This document shows positions 13,961-27,544 of a stretch of 64,000 bases of DNA, piece by piece (positions within the stretch are counted from its first letter, which is position 1; each line of letters opens with the position of its first letter). Position numbers and translations under genes: made by a program. Under the pieces are notes generated by a model. The model worked only from the letters and a program-made list of their open reading frames with translations. It searched no databases and was not told the origin of the DNA. This DNA comes from Scyliorhinus canicula (Eukaryota): the NCBI RefSeq assembly GCF_902713615.1, contig NC_052156.1, positions 151,158,804-151,222,803 of the forward strand. The letters are read 5' to 3'.

Positions 13961-15124
13961 ACCTTCAATTGGACGCGAGACACGATGAAGATCCAAACTG
14001 TGGCTTTAATCAGCTAGTTGTTAGCCCGGTGGTCGACTACAGAGAAAGGCCGACTGCCGGGAAACCTGGGTACTTATACCCTGCCTCGGAGGTGGGGTCT
14101 ACTTGCCTCTCGACCAATTGGTGAGCAGTCACATGACTAGTCCCAGCCAATCAGACGAGAGGCACATGACCAGCCAGAGCCAATGGGAAACCAATGCTCT
14201 GCACCAATGGCAGTGCTCCCACTCATATCACCACAGGCGGTATTGAGAGATACTTGGCGAATCTGAAAGTAAACATAATTAGGATTAAGGAAGGTGACCA
14301 TATTGACTGCTATATTTATAGCAAGTAAACAGAGCAACACCTTCAAGTGGCTATTGGATAGGTACATGGATTACAGTAGAATGGTGGGGTGTAGATTAAT
14401 TTGTTCTTAATCTAGGACAAAAGTTCGGCACAACATCGTGGGCCTAAGGGCCTGTTCTGTGCTGTATTTTTCAATGTTCTATGTTCTATTATTTGGAAAT
14501 CTGTCCAACAAGATAACTAATCCGATAAGAAGAAATATTGGCCGATTGACGAGCAAGATCAAAACAGTAAATAAGAGCATATACTATCTTGATCTGAATA
14601 ATAGGTACGAAAAGATGGAAATGAATAAACAAATCAAGCAGGGTTACATAATCTGAAAATGCTGAATACTGAAGTTAAGATGCCTTGCAACAGTTGTAAA
14701 GAGCCTTGGTGAGACCTCCCCTGGAGTATTGTATACAGTTTTTGTCCTCCTATTGTGAGGGTCCTCTTTTAAGTCCTTGTCTGATCCTTGCTTCCTTTTT
14801 AATGCCTGCTCAACTGACTGTTTGGTTTTGAACTGAAACCTCCCTGCTGCAAGCTGCTATTTGAGCTGTCCCAGACACACCCCTTGATGCAGTGTGCTCT
14901 CTGGCATAGTTCGTGATATAATTTTGATGGAGTTCCCCTCTTCTGAAACTCCGGGACATTTTTTACATTCAATTGGGATTGGTAGTTATTTCGGAGCAGA
15001 AGGAGGCCCATCATACCTGCACCCTTTGTCGAAGCTGAGTCATCCAGACTCGAAACGTTAGCTCCTTTCTGTCTCCACAGATGCTGTCAGACCTGCTTTT
15101 TTTTTCAGATTCTAGTAATAATTT

Positions 15125-16290
15125 GCCTTTATGCAGAGTGAAATCAATGGTTTTGTTGAGTGGGCAGAAAGGTGGTTAATGGAATTAAATCCAGTGGAGT
15201 GTGCGGTATTGCATCTCTGGAGGGCAAACAAAGCTCGGCAATGCACAATAAATGGGAAAATATTGAGAAGGGTCAAGGAAGTGACATACATTGGCATGCA
15301 TTTGCACAGGTCCCTGAAGGTGGCAGCACAGCTGGATAAGGTGATAAAGAAAACATGTTCCTTTATTGGATGAGATCTAGAGTACAAAAGCAGGGATGTA
15401 ATAATGGAACTGCATAAAATGCTGCTTAGGCCACAGCTGGAGTTTTGTGTATAGTTCTGGTCGTCACATTACAAGAAGGACACAATAATAATATATGATA
15501 TATAATAATAATATTCTTTATTATTGTCACAAGTAGGCTTACATTAAAACTGCAATGAATGTTACTGTGAAAAGTCCCTAGTCGCCACACTATGGAGCCT
15601 GTTCAGGTTCACTGAGGGAGAATTCAGAATATCCAATTCACCCAGCAAGCACGTTTTTTGGGACTTGTGGGAGGAAACCCATACAGACACTAGGAGAAAG
15701 TGCAGACTCCGCACAGACAGTGACCCAAGCCAGGAATCAAACCTGGGTCCCTGGCACTGTGAAGCAACGGTGCTAACCACTGTGTTACCGTGCCACCATC
15801 ACACAATTCTGGGAGAGTACAACAGAACATATCTATAAGACTATTGCCAGGGCTTGCAAATTGCAGCTATGAGAACAGATTGGATTGGCTAATGTTATTT
15901 CCCTTGGAACAGAGGAGGCTGAGGAGTAACAAGATTGTGAGGGGCCTAGAAAAAGTTGACAGGGAAGACATGTTTCGATCATGGTGAGGTCAACTACCAG
16001 GGGACACAGAATTGAGAATTTTTGGTAAAATTACTAGAGGGGGTTGAGGGAAGAACCTCTTCACGCAGACAGTGGTGGGTGTCTGGACTTTGTTGTCTGA
16101 TTTGGTGGTGGATGGAGGCCAAAACCCTCAACTCATTTAAAAGGTATCTGGATCTGCACCTAAAGCTCTGTAACCAGCATGGCTACTGACCATATGCAGG
16201 AAGATATAATGAGAAAGAGAGACAAATATTTAGGCTGATGCAGATATGATGGGTTAAATAGCCTCTTTCATGAACCATGACTTTTCTATG
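15125..16290 (+). mobile_element. Degenerate CR1 3' fragment with inserted SINE (15503-15793, - strand)
   Basis: FVEWAERWLMELNP.EC.VLH, then PQLE.CV.FWS..YKKD; the SINE interrupts it. Confidence 0.75.
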
Positions 16291-16915
16291 GTTGGACATC
16301 TGACCTGATGAAACATATTTCAAAACAAATGTGCAGGAAAGCTTTATCAGTCAGAAATGGTGCTGATGGAAGATATGTTGTGGTAAATGACTTGATACAT
16401 TTTTCAGGTTATGATAACCTTATTAAATCATTCTTGCTTTGGTAACGTTCCACTTGAGGTCAGTTCATATGTTACTGCAAATATGTAGCTGGATAAGTGG
16501 GTGAGTGCCCTTCCTGCTAGCGATGATGTGGTCATGTACACCCACATTACTATATCTGATATAAACCATATTTATTAAAACCTGTCAACCTCAAGTTAAA
16601 GGATTTCCTGTATTATAATGTCTGTTGTGTACCAACTGTTGTAGACCAATGACAAAAACATTCTCTGATGTATTTTCTATTTTAATAAGAGTCTGTTTCG
16701 CAAAATCTAAACATTTCCATTAAATAATTGTTAAATCATGTTCCCTCTGCTTATTTAAATACAAATGTTTGTCAGGTTTGTTTTATTTTTAATAAGGAAC
16801 ATTGGAGATACTTGTAACGTGGGTAGATCATTTGGCCTACTGAGCTTCTCTCTTTAAAGTTGACTGCAACTTTACTTTCTCACCAATTTCTTCATCACAT
16901 TCTCCAATATCACAT

Positions 16916-17735
16916 GCGGGATTCTCCATTCCTGAAACTAAGTGTTGACGCCGGCGCAGGATTCGTGGATTTCCACAACAGCAAAGCTGACGCTGCACCA
17001 GGACCGATTCAGCAACTTTGAGGGGCTAGCACTGGCACCACATAGATCACAATCGATTCCGATAAGAAACGGTGCGCAATTCGCTGGATTTGCGATTGAC
17101 GAACAGGAAGCTGACAAGCTGCAGCCGCATATACACGCTTCACTCTCCACATACACCATCCCAAACAACAAGATGGCAGCAAGACACGCGGTCCCACGAT
17201 TTATGGACACCGAGCTGGAGACCTGCTGGAGGCGAGGTGGGCCTGGACCCAGGCCTGGGAAGGAGGCTGCCAGCTGCTGCCATTTGCCATGCCTGGAAGC
17301 AGAGGCGGTCAGCGCCACAAGCAACACCATCCGGAGTTTCCAGATGTGCCTTAAAAAACTGCATGACCTCAGGGTGAGTAGGCAACAGTGCCCCTAGCAC
17401 TAAACCCCATCCCACACACCCGTTACCCTAACCACTCTCCCCACCCCACCCCCCCCCCCCCCCCTGGAGGACGGGAAAACCCCCACCATGGCACCACATG
17501 TCGGCACCCATACCGACTGCCATGGCCAGATGCCCTCGCCACTGAGGCCACGAGCTGCCCACCCCCTGAGCTGCATGCATTGGACCCCCCCCACCCCAAG
17601 GATAAGACCGCCCATAGGCACCGGGAGCAGGAGAAAACTGGAGGGGGACTGCTAGACCTGGGGCCCGTCACCATGTCTGAGCAGAGGGCCCTGGAAGTGG
17701 ACAGCAGTCCAAAGGAAAGGGTGGTCAAAATTTAA
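16916..17735 (+). mobile_element. PIF/Harbinger-derived element carrying a Myb/SANT-like ORF start
   Basis: Begins GCGGGATTCTCC like the local MITE TIR; ATG at 17173 gives MAARHAVPRFMDTELET, resembling Harbinger DNA-binding protein N-termini. Confidence 0.5.
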
Positions 17736-19457
17736 GCAACAGCACGTGATTCAATCTGTTTGTGAATGTAAACATTTTGTTTTGCCTTCAGGAGGATGCA
17801 CAATATTCACCTTTGGACAGGAGCTTAAAAATCAAAAGTGGGCGTTGAAATCAGGTTGTGGATGTAGCTGGTTTAATGAACATCAAGGTTTCAAAGTATC
17901 ACCCAGCGCAGAGATAGTGTGAAGATAAATGATTCAGTCAACATTTCCATTTGAAAAGACTGAAAAAAACAAAGCTTTAGGTTCCGTTACGATGTACATT
18001 AAAGGATTAAATAAGTTAAAGGAATCTTCACATAGCAGATACGTGTTCAATGGAAGAATCAATAGTTGGGAGTGATCCCAACAGTTGTGCTCAGCTACTG
18101 GCTCTGCTCAAATTCAAACTAAGTAGGTCGATGATCTCGCTGTTTAATGTCTCATCCGGCATTAAATGCTCACTCCTTCAAGACTGCACTGGAGTGTTGG
18201 TTGTGATTTCTTTCACCCAAGCCCTGGACTTGGACTTAAACCCAGCACTTTCAGGGGAGAATGACACCAATTTAACCACAGCTGTCCCAACTGACCACTG
18301 GACAATAAAACAACTCAATTGTTGTATAATCTTTGCTACTTTGACAAAACAACCCTGACATTTTACCACATTAAATTCTCAGATTATACCCGAAGCAAAC
18401 CTTATTTAATAGTTTATCTTTGTATACACTTGAATATATTACAATCATCATGGCATTGTTACATCACACTGCACATGGCATAAACTTCTAGGCATCAAGA
18501 AAATAAAATTTAGCAGAGTAGTTCGGATTTTTCCAATTAGTTATGCCTGACAAACTGGCATAAATCAGAAAATGGTGTCAATAAAGAGCCATTCTATGTG
18601 CACAGAGTTAAAACCAAGCCTAAATGTCTCAGCCCAGTTTAATGCTTTGTTTAATATTTCAATAGGATTTTTTAGTTGTGCCAAAAGTGGAAGAAACTGA
18701 CATATGAATTAGGAGCAGGGGTAAGTCACTCTAGTCTGCCCTGTCATTTAATAAGATCATAGCTGATCTGACTGTAACCTTGACTACACATTCCCACCAG
18801 TTCCTGATAATCTTTCACCCCCTTGCTAATCAAGAATCTATCTAGCTCTGCCTTAAAAATATTCAAAGACTCTGCTTCCACCACCCTTTGCATCTCAGAG
18901 CTGTGCAATCTTTTTGACTTATCGATAATGTACTTTTTTAATTCTCCCCACCAAACTGGACAACATCATTTTCCCACATTATACTCCATTTTCCAGATCA
19001 TTGCTCTCTCACTTGACCAAAGTATGATTTCAGTGAGAACAATAGGTGCAGTGAGAGTGTTAACATTGCTTGGAATCTGCTTCTGTGTTGATAAGTAAAA
19101 CATGATGAAAGCAACAAGATCTTTTGCAATTTTCAACAAGCCCATTTGCCATGAGTCAGCGAGTCTGAACCACAAAGGATTGTTTCTTGCGTTTCCTGAT
19201 GTCGTTGAAAAACAGCTACAGGGAAGTAAAATTGGTTGACTAAATGTTCCAGATGTGTTGAAATTCAGTACATAATACTTAGTTTATGGTGCAAATCTAC
19301 CCATAGAGCACCGAACCGTTTATAGTTTTCTATGATCAAGATAATTACTCACCATTCTCTGCTGATCTGGCGGGGAGAGATGAAGAAGAAAATCACACCA
19401 GAAGTGAATTTGTAGCAATGTAGCCACTTAAATGAGATTGACCATAGGGGAAATAGT

Positions 19458-20182
19458 GGACGGGATTCTCCATTCTAGCAGCAGAGTTGATGCCATCATA
19501 AACGGCGGAGCAATTTATGACGGTGTTATCTGACCACTAGGAGTAGCGATCCTGCGCCGCACAGGGGGCCAGCACGGCACTGGAGCGCTTTACGCAGCTC
19601 AAGCTGCCGATAATGGCACCAGCACGGGCGGCGGGGATCCGCGCATGCGTGCAACAACTGGCACCATGCCAACTGGCGGCAAAGGGCCGCCATGGGCTGG
19701 CGCGAGTTGGCACATGCGCAGAACTGCCAGCGTGTTTCCTGCGCATGCGCAGGGGTTTCTTCTCCGCGCATGGCAGAGCCCAACAGAGGCCGACATGGAG
19801 GGAAAGAGTGCTCCCACGGCACAGGCCCGCCCGCAGTACGGTGGGCCCCGATCGCAGGCCAAGCCACCGTGACCCCCCCCCCCCCCCCGGGGGGCCGGAT
19901 TCCCCCGCGCTCCCCTGAGGACTCCGCTAGCCGCCCTCCAGGCCAGGTCCCGCGGGGATGGACCATATCCATTTCAGGCAGGCGGGACTGGCCAAAGATG
20001 GGTGGCCGCTCAGCCCATCGGGGCCCGGAGAATTGCCGGGGGGCGCTGCCAACGGCTCCCGACCGGCGCAGCTTGAGCCCCGCCCAAATACCGGCACCAG
20101 AGAATTCGGCGGGGATTCTCGCCTCCCCCCCCCCCCCCCCAAGTGATCCTCCGACCCAGCTGGGGGTCGGAGAATCTCGCCC
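19458..20182. mobile_element. GC-rich MITE (Harbinger-like)
   Basis: TIR-like ends GGACGGGATTCTCC and GGAGAATCTCGCCC; body homologous to 27545-28277 and 32151-32870. Confidence 0.8.
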
Positions 20183-20663
20183 TATATGAGGAAAAACTCC
20201 AAGTGGTGATATGAAATGGACCTTGTGGGCAGATGATAGAGCAGCTGTACTTGATGCCATATTTCATAAAGAGTCTTACAACATCAGGTTAAAGTCCAAC
20301 AAGTTTATTGGAATCACTAGCTTTTGGAGCACAGCTCCTTCATCAGAATTCAACAAATTCATTCGGGCGGCACTACTCAATCTCCTAGTGCAACCTCATC
20401 TGCTTGGTAGCACTCAACTGCCCCTCCTATTTCCTAAATCATGCCCCTTGAGTCTGCTCTATCATTTAATAAGATCATAGCTTTTCCTCAAATCTGCATC
20501 CTGCTACCCCCGATAACCTATCACCTCTTCACTTACCGAATAACTATCCACTTCTGCCTTATAAATATTCAAAAACTCTGCTTCCATAACATTTTGAGGA
20601 AAAGAGGTCCAAAGACTCATGGCCCTCTGAGTGAAACAAAATTCACCTCATCTTTGTTTTAAA

Positions 20664-20860
20664 TGGGCAACACAGCCAAGGACCCAGGTTCAAACCTCTC
20701 CCCGGTCTCCACACTGTCCGTGTGGAGTTGGCACGTTCTCCCCATGTCTGCGTGGGTCTCACCCCCACAATCCAAAGATGTGCAGGTTAGGTGAATTGGC
20801 CACATTAAATTGCCCCTTAATTGGAATAAAATAATTGGGTACTCAAAATTTATTTTTAAA
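20664..20860 (+). mobile_element. 5'-truncated SINE (poly-A type)
   Basis: GACCCAGGTTCAAA..GGTTAGGTGAATTGGCCAC..TTGCCCCTTAATTGG body. Confidence 0.75.
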
Positions 20861-20890
20861 AAGGGCAACCTCAAAAGAAAAAGGTAACCT

Positions 20891-21335
20891 CTTATTTTTA
20901 AACAGTTCCCCACAGCTCAGTGTTCAGGGGCTGGGTTAGCACAGGGCTAAATAGCTGGCTTTGAAAGCAGACCAAGGCAGGCCAGCAGCACAGTTCAATT
21001 CCCGTACCAGCCTCCCCAAACAGTCGCCGGAATGTGGTGACTAGGGGCTTTTCACAGTAACTTCATTTGAAGCCTACTTCTGACAATAAGCGATTTTCAT
21101 TTCATTTCTTATTTTTAAACAGTTCCCCACAGTTCAGTGTTCAGGGGCTGGTTTAGCACAGGGCTAAAGGGCTGGCTTTTAAAGCAAACCAAGGCAGGCC
21201 AGCAGCACGGTTCGATTCCCGTACCAGCCTCCCCGAACAGGCACCGGAATGTGGCGACTCGGGGCTTTTCACAGTAACTTCATTTGAAGCCTACTTGTGA
21301 CAATAAGCGATTTTCATTTCATTTTATTTCATTTC
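20891..21335 (+). repeat. Tandem duplication (~217-bp period) of a short SINE plus 36 bp of its 5' flank
   Basis: Units start at 20891 and 21108, each CTTATTTTTAAACAGTTCCCCACAG..CAGGGGCTGG..(TTTCA)n. Confidence 0.85.
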
Positions 21336-22054
21336 AAACTTTTTTCCTGTGACCCATTTTTGCCAACCAGCCTTGGGGCCACGCTGCCTGACCTTCGGGA
21401 CCCATGCCATGTTTGCTTACCCAGTCTATCCTGAGTCAAAGCAGTCTTTGGGACACTAATGTTTTTGTGCCGCAGACAAGGGAGGAAAATAAAATCATCT
21501 AGTTTTCCTGTTCTTCATCACTATCCAGTAGCCCCTGGTGCGTTGAATTTATGTCAACATCGAGTGAAGACATGATCAGACAAGCGTGTGGTGTCCTCCT
21601 ATCTATAAGGGTTCGCTCTCCAGGGTCACATATGAAGGATAGTTACTCATGAGAGATGCTGGAAGGTCGGCAACAATTGTGAACCTGCATTCATTGTGGG
21701 ACACTGCCTTGAGCAAAAAAAAGAAGCAAAGGAAGAAAACTGAAGAGAGGAGAACAAAGAGCAGATATCACTGGGAGAGCATCATATGTGGTTCTTGTAA
21801 ATATAACAGTCATAAATCTGAAGATAGTGATATTAACATCTTGAATTATAATTGGCTTAAATGCAATTCAGTTACTTAATGCAAGTTTATTCAAAGTACA
21901 CTATTCGAAACAAGTTAATCAATATTGATGAATGCTGACAACACTAAATTGCCCAACAGAGAACTGACTAACTGTTCTGGTAGTCATTAATCAGACAGAA
22001 TGGACATTGAACAAAGTTTTTTCGGATGTTACTTATTTTCTCCTATTTAATTGT

Positions 22055-22275
22055 GGCAGCACGGTGGCACAGTGGTTAGCCCTGCTGCCTCACAGCGCCG
22101 CGGTCCCAGGTTCGATCCCGGCTCTGGGTCACTGTCTATGTGGAGTTTGCACATTCTCCCCGTGTTTGCGTGGGTTTTGCCCCCACAACCCAAAGATGTA
22201 CAGGGTAGGTGGATTGGCCACGCTAAATCGCCCCTTAATTGGAAAAGATGAATTGGGTACTCTAAAATTTAAAAA
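22055..22275 (+). mobile_element. tRNA-derived SINE
   Basis: GGCAGCACGGTGGCACAGTGGTTAGC head (A box) and GGTTCGATCCC (B box). Confidence 0.88.
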
Positions 22276-25200
22276 CAAAATTGTGGCATTGTGATGTGCT
22301 CATGTCTCCACTGAATGTGCCTTCATGGTGTCGCTAACACACACGCAGCAACCACATTACAAGAAGATCTGCAGATGATCTTTCAAGTTATTTGCACAGA
22401 GGCAGACTTCCGTTGCCGGCCATGGAGTTAGTGGTCGCACATTTGACAGCTCCCGCGCGAGGTGGTTTTTTCGGTCCTTTTCCCCATTTGCTGGGCGGAT
22501 GTTTTGGTGGAAAAAGGTACAGAGGTGGTGGACGAAAGTTATACTCCACTGGTGGTGTTGTGGATGGAATCATGGACCAGAAGTGGGTTGAGAAGAAAGA
22601 GCTCCTAGAGCAAGAAACTCTTCATGCGACACAGGGGAAGATGGCGAAGGGTAAAGGATCAGCCCTACCAGCCCAATGGTTAATGGAGAAGTTGGTGGAC
22701 TTCTTGAATGAGAAGTTTAGCCAGCAGAGAAGGGAGGCTCAGGAGGATTTGGCGAAGGTGGTAGATCTGCTAAAAGCGGGGATCAATCGGGTGGAGCAGA
22801 GGCTGGAGACCCAGAGCCAGGCAATCCAGAAAGTGGAGGAGGCATTGGGAGAGCATGAGTAGCAGTTTACCCCGACGACCAAGATCGGGATGATGCGGGA
22901 GACCCAGAAACAGCTAAAGAAGAAGGTGGAGGATCTGGAGAACCGCTCCCGGAGACAAAATTTAAGAATTGTTGGAATACCAGAGGGCATCGAGGGAACA
23001 GATGCAGGCTCAAATTAGCCAAACTGCTGGAGTAGCTGATGGGGGAGGCAGCCTTCAACTGAAGGTCGAGTGCATAGGGCACTGATGAGCAACCCACAGG
23101 CGAACGTGCTGCCAAGGTCGATAGTGGTGAGGCTCCAGCTGTTCCTAGATAACGAAAAGGTCTTGCAATGGGTCAGGCAGAGGAGGTGTACTTGGGAATG
23201 TAATGAGCTCCGGGTATACCAAGACCTGTGTGTAGAGCTGGCCAAGAGGAAAGCCAGGTTCAACTGAGTCAGGACTGTCCTCTTCAAGAAGGGGGTGAAG
23301 TTTGGAATGCTGTACCTGGCCCGCCTCTAGGTGACTTACAGCGGCCGTGAGCATTATTTTGGGACAACAAAGGAGGCCACGGTGTTTTTGAGAGACAATG
23401 AACTGGCAGGAGAGGGAGGACATTGAACTCTGGAGGAAGTATGAGGAGAAGTTAGTTCTCTCTGCTTATTTGTTCTATTGTTTTTGAGAGGTGATGGTTA
23501 GGGGAGAACTTCTCTTCTTTGAGGTGTATTTGTGGGACTCTGTGATGGGATGCTGGAGGAACGTGGAGGGTGAGTGCACCTTTTTCTTATTTTATTGTTG
23601 TTTGCATTATGGAAGCGTGCGAGTTGGGGGGGTAGGATGTTTGGCACCATGGGCGGGCTAGATAATGGGGGTGAGCAGGTGGTTAGAGGGGGATAGGATT
23701 GTTGTTTTGTTAAGGGGAGAGGGGGGACCGCTGACAAGGGTGAGGCTGATGTGGCATAGTGGGGAAGGAGGTGGTGATGGTGGACACCCGAGGGCAGGCC
23801 TGGAGGGTCGTGGGCCAGGGGCTGGCCCAAGAAGGGATATGGATGATCGGCAGGGAATGGCAGCCAGTTGGTCATGTGGTACATGAGAGGGCCAAATGGG
23901 CCAGTTAAACGGTCGCGCGTGTTTGCGTGCCTGAACAGCTTGAAGGCGGACATGGCCTTTTTGCAAGAAACATGTTTGAAAATCGGGGACCAGACCAGGC
24001 GAAAGAAAGGATGGATAGGGCAAGTCTTCCATTCAGGAATAGATATGAAGACGCGGGGGGTGGCGGTGCTGATAAATCTACGGATAGCATTTGAAGTGGG
24101 GAATATAGTGGCAGATTCAGGGGTAAGGTCCAGGATGGTGAGCGGAAAATTTAAGTAGTCTTGGTGAACATTTACACTCCAAATTGGGACAATGTTGAAT
24201 TTATGAGGTGGCTGTTGGGGATGATCACAGACCTCGACTCGCGCCAGTTGATTATGGCAGGGGCTTTAATGCGATCATTGAGCCAGGGTTAGACCGGTTG
24301 AGTCCACAGTTGGGGAGGGTGTTGGCGGTGGCGAAGGAGCGGCAGGGGTTCATGGAGCACAAGGGAGGGAAAACCCATGGAGGTTGGGAGGCCGAGGGCA
24401 AAGGAATTTTAATGCTTCTCCCATGTGCACATGGTGTACTCGTGGATCGATTACTTTGTGGTGGATAAGACTGCTGCCGGGGGTGGTCGACTCAGGGTAC
24501 TCGACGATTGTGGTCTCTGACCATGTGCTGCACTGGGTGGACTTGCTTGCAAGTGGACCGGGGGGGCAGCGCCTGCAGTGGAGACTGGATGAGGTGGGGT
24601 TGCTAGCAGATGAGGTGTGCGAGCAGGTGAGGGCCACCATTCGAGGGTATGTGGAACTGAATGATACGCTATGAGAGGCGATTAAGATGGTGGTTAGGGC
24701 GAGTTCATATAGATCCAGCGCATAGGGATGAGGCAGAGCGAGCAGAGATGGCTAGGTTGGTGGATGAGATTCTGCGGGTGGATAGGAGGTACTCGGACGC
24801 CCCGGAGGCAGGGTTATTGAAGAAGCTGCAGAAGCTCCAGATGGTGTTCTGATTAGTGTCAACGGAAGGCAGTTGCGGAGGGCCGGGAGGCAGTGTACGA
24901 GTTTGAGGAGAAGGCGATTGGAGAATGCTGGCTCACCAACTTAGGCAGCAGGAGGCGGCGAGGGAGATCGGAACGATCAAAGATGGGAGGAGAAGAGCAG
25001 TTCTTGACCCGGTGGGGGTGAATGGGGTTTTCGAGGAATTTTATGAAGCTCTATGAATCGGAGCCCCTGGTGGAGGGGACAAAATGCAGCGATTCCTCTA
25101 CAGGTTGGAGTTCCCTAAGGTGGAGGAGAACCTGGTAGAAGGGCTGGGAGCCCTCTTTGGATTTGTGGAGTTAATGAAGGGGATGGGGGCGATACAGGCA

Positions 25201-25989
25201 GGGAAGGCCATGGGATCCCGGTAGAACTTTATGAGAAGTTTTCTGGGGATCTGGAGCCCAGCTGGTAACGGTACAATGAGACGAGGGATAAGGGGGATCT
25301 TCCCCCTACATTATCACATGCTTCAATATTGTTAATTTTGAAGAAGGATAAGGACCTGGAACAGTGTGGGTCCTACCGCTCAATATCGTCGCTAGATGTG
25401 GATGCCAAACTACTGCCAAAGATCTTGACCTCGCAGATTGAGAACTGTTTGCCGGGATTGATAAGGGACGACCAGACAGGGCTTGTAAAGGGGAGGCATC
25501 TGTCGGCTAACGTTAGGCAGCTATTAAACATAAAAATGATGTCCCTAGAGGGACAGGATGTGACAGTGGCTATGGACATTGAGAAGACGTTCGATCAGGT
25601 GGAATGGAAGTATCTGGGAAGTGCCGGGATGGTTCGGGTTCGGGCAGGAGTTTGTGGACTGGGTCCAGTTGCTGTATAGGGCGCCGAGTGTAAGGACGTA
25701 TCAGATTTCAGAGTATTTTGGACTACACTGTGGGACAAGGCAGGGATGCCCACTCTCCCTGTTGCTTTTTGCCTTGACGATAGAGCCACTGGCAATGGCA
25801 CTGAGAGCATCAAGGAGATGGAAAGGATAGTGCGGGGGGTTGGGGGGGTGGAGCACAGGGTCTCGCTTTTTGCGGACGACCTGCTGCTTTATATATCAGA
25901 TCCACTGGGAGGAATTGGGAAAATTATGAACATCTGAGAGGAATTCAGCCGGTTTTCCCAATATAAGTTAAAAATAGGGAAGAATGAGA

Positions 25990-26606
25990 GACAGGATTCT
26001 CCCTTCTGGGGACTAAGTCCCCACACCCGCCGGAAAATGGGCGGGATTCACTCCGGACTTTTTCCTCGAAAGTCCGGGGTGATTCTCCGTTTTCCAGGGG
26101 CTAGCAGAGCCCCGGCATGCGTCCCGCGGCTCTGGCTGCCGGCGGGGCCCTGCTAGCCAGACCGTGTGGCCACACATGTGCACGGCGGTCGCAAGTGCAT
26201 GTGTGCGGCGGCGACATGGCGGAGCCACACAGCGGGCCCGCGCGGAGGAAGGTAGGTCCCTCACCAATTGGCGAGCCAATTGGTGGCCCCCAATTGCGGA
26301 TCTGGCCACCACAGAGGCCCCCCCCCCGGGTCAGATACCGCCCGACCCCCCAGCAGGACCGCGGCTGCGGGTCCCAGCTCCCGCCCGGTGGTGCCACATA
26401 TAAACCACGCCGGCGGGAGTTTGGCTGGTCGACCGCGGAGAATCACTGCGGTCGCCTGTACCTACAGCCCCGAACCAACACCACATCGACCACGTGCACA
26501 GTACTCAGGGCCGGCCCCCCCTCGGGCGCCGAAGTTCAGCTTGCCCGGGGCGCCAGCAACCCTAGGGCCGGCGCTGACAGTACTGGCAGGTCCGTGGAGA
26601 ATTGCG
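25990..26606. mobile_element. Composite of two MITE pieces inside the L1
   Basis: Starts CAGGATTCTCCC; TIR-like GGAGAAT ends near 26448 and 26600. Confidence 0.65.
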
Positions 26607-27544
26607 GAAGCGGTATCGAGCGGGGGGTGGGGGTGGGGTGGTGGGTGCAGGCTGGCCTTGCCAAAAATAATGAATTATCATTAGGTAGCAAATATAGCCA
26701 TGATTAGGAAATTGGTGGCAGGAGAGGGGTTGGCGTGTGAGTAGGTGGAGGCAGCCTCTTGTAAGGACACCAAGCTTCGGGGCATTGTTGAAGGTGCCCC
26801 TGCCATTCTCACAGACCAAGTACTGCACGAGCCCTGTGGTGGTGGCGGCCCTGAGGGTGTGGGGACAGTGACGGCAGTATCTGAGATTGGAAGGTGCCTC
26901 GGTGTAGACACCAATCTGCATCAATCATAGATTTGGACACGGAGTTTCGAGGATGGCGGTGGGCAGGGATCGAGCAGTTCGGTGACCATTTTGCGGGGGG
27001 ACAGCTTTTCGAGTTTAGAGGAATTGGAAGAACCATTTGAGCTGCCCAGTGAGAATGGGTTCTGGTACTTACAGGTGCGGGATTATATGAGAAAGCAGGT
27101 TCCGTCTTTTCCCGACCTGCCAGCCCCGGGGCGACAGGTGGTATCGAAAGCAGGAGTGGGTGAGGGTAAGATATCCGAGATTTACAAGGAGTTAATGAAA
27201 AGGGAGGGAGCCGCAATAGGAGAAGTTATAAAGAGATGGGAGGAGGAGTTGGGGGGGGGAAATGGAGGCTGGGTTGTGGAAGGAGGCTTTGAGGAAGGCG
27301 AACGCATCGTCCTTGAGTGCGAGTCTTAGCCTTACTCATTTCAACATAGTGCATAGGGTGCATATGATGGTGGCCAGGATGAGTACATTCTTTGTGGGGG
27401 TGGAGGACAGGTGTGGACGATGCACGGGGAGGCCTGCAAACCATGTTCATATGTTTTGGGCATCTCCGAAGCTGAAGGGATTCTGGAAGGGGTTCATGGA
27501 TGTAATGTCCGAGGTGCTGAAGGTGAAGGTGGCCCTGAGTTCAG

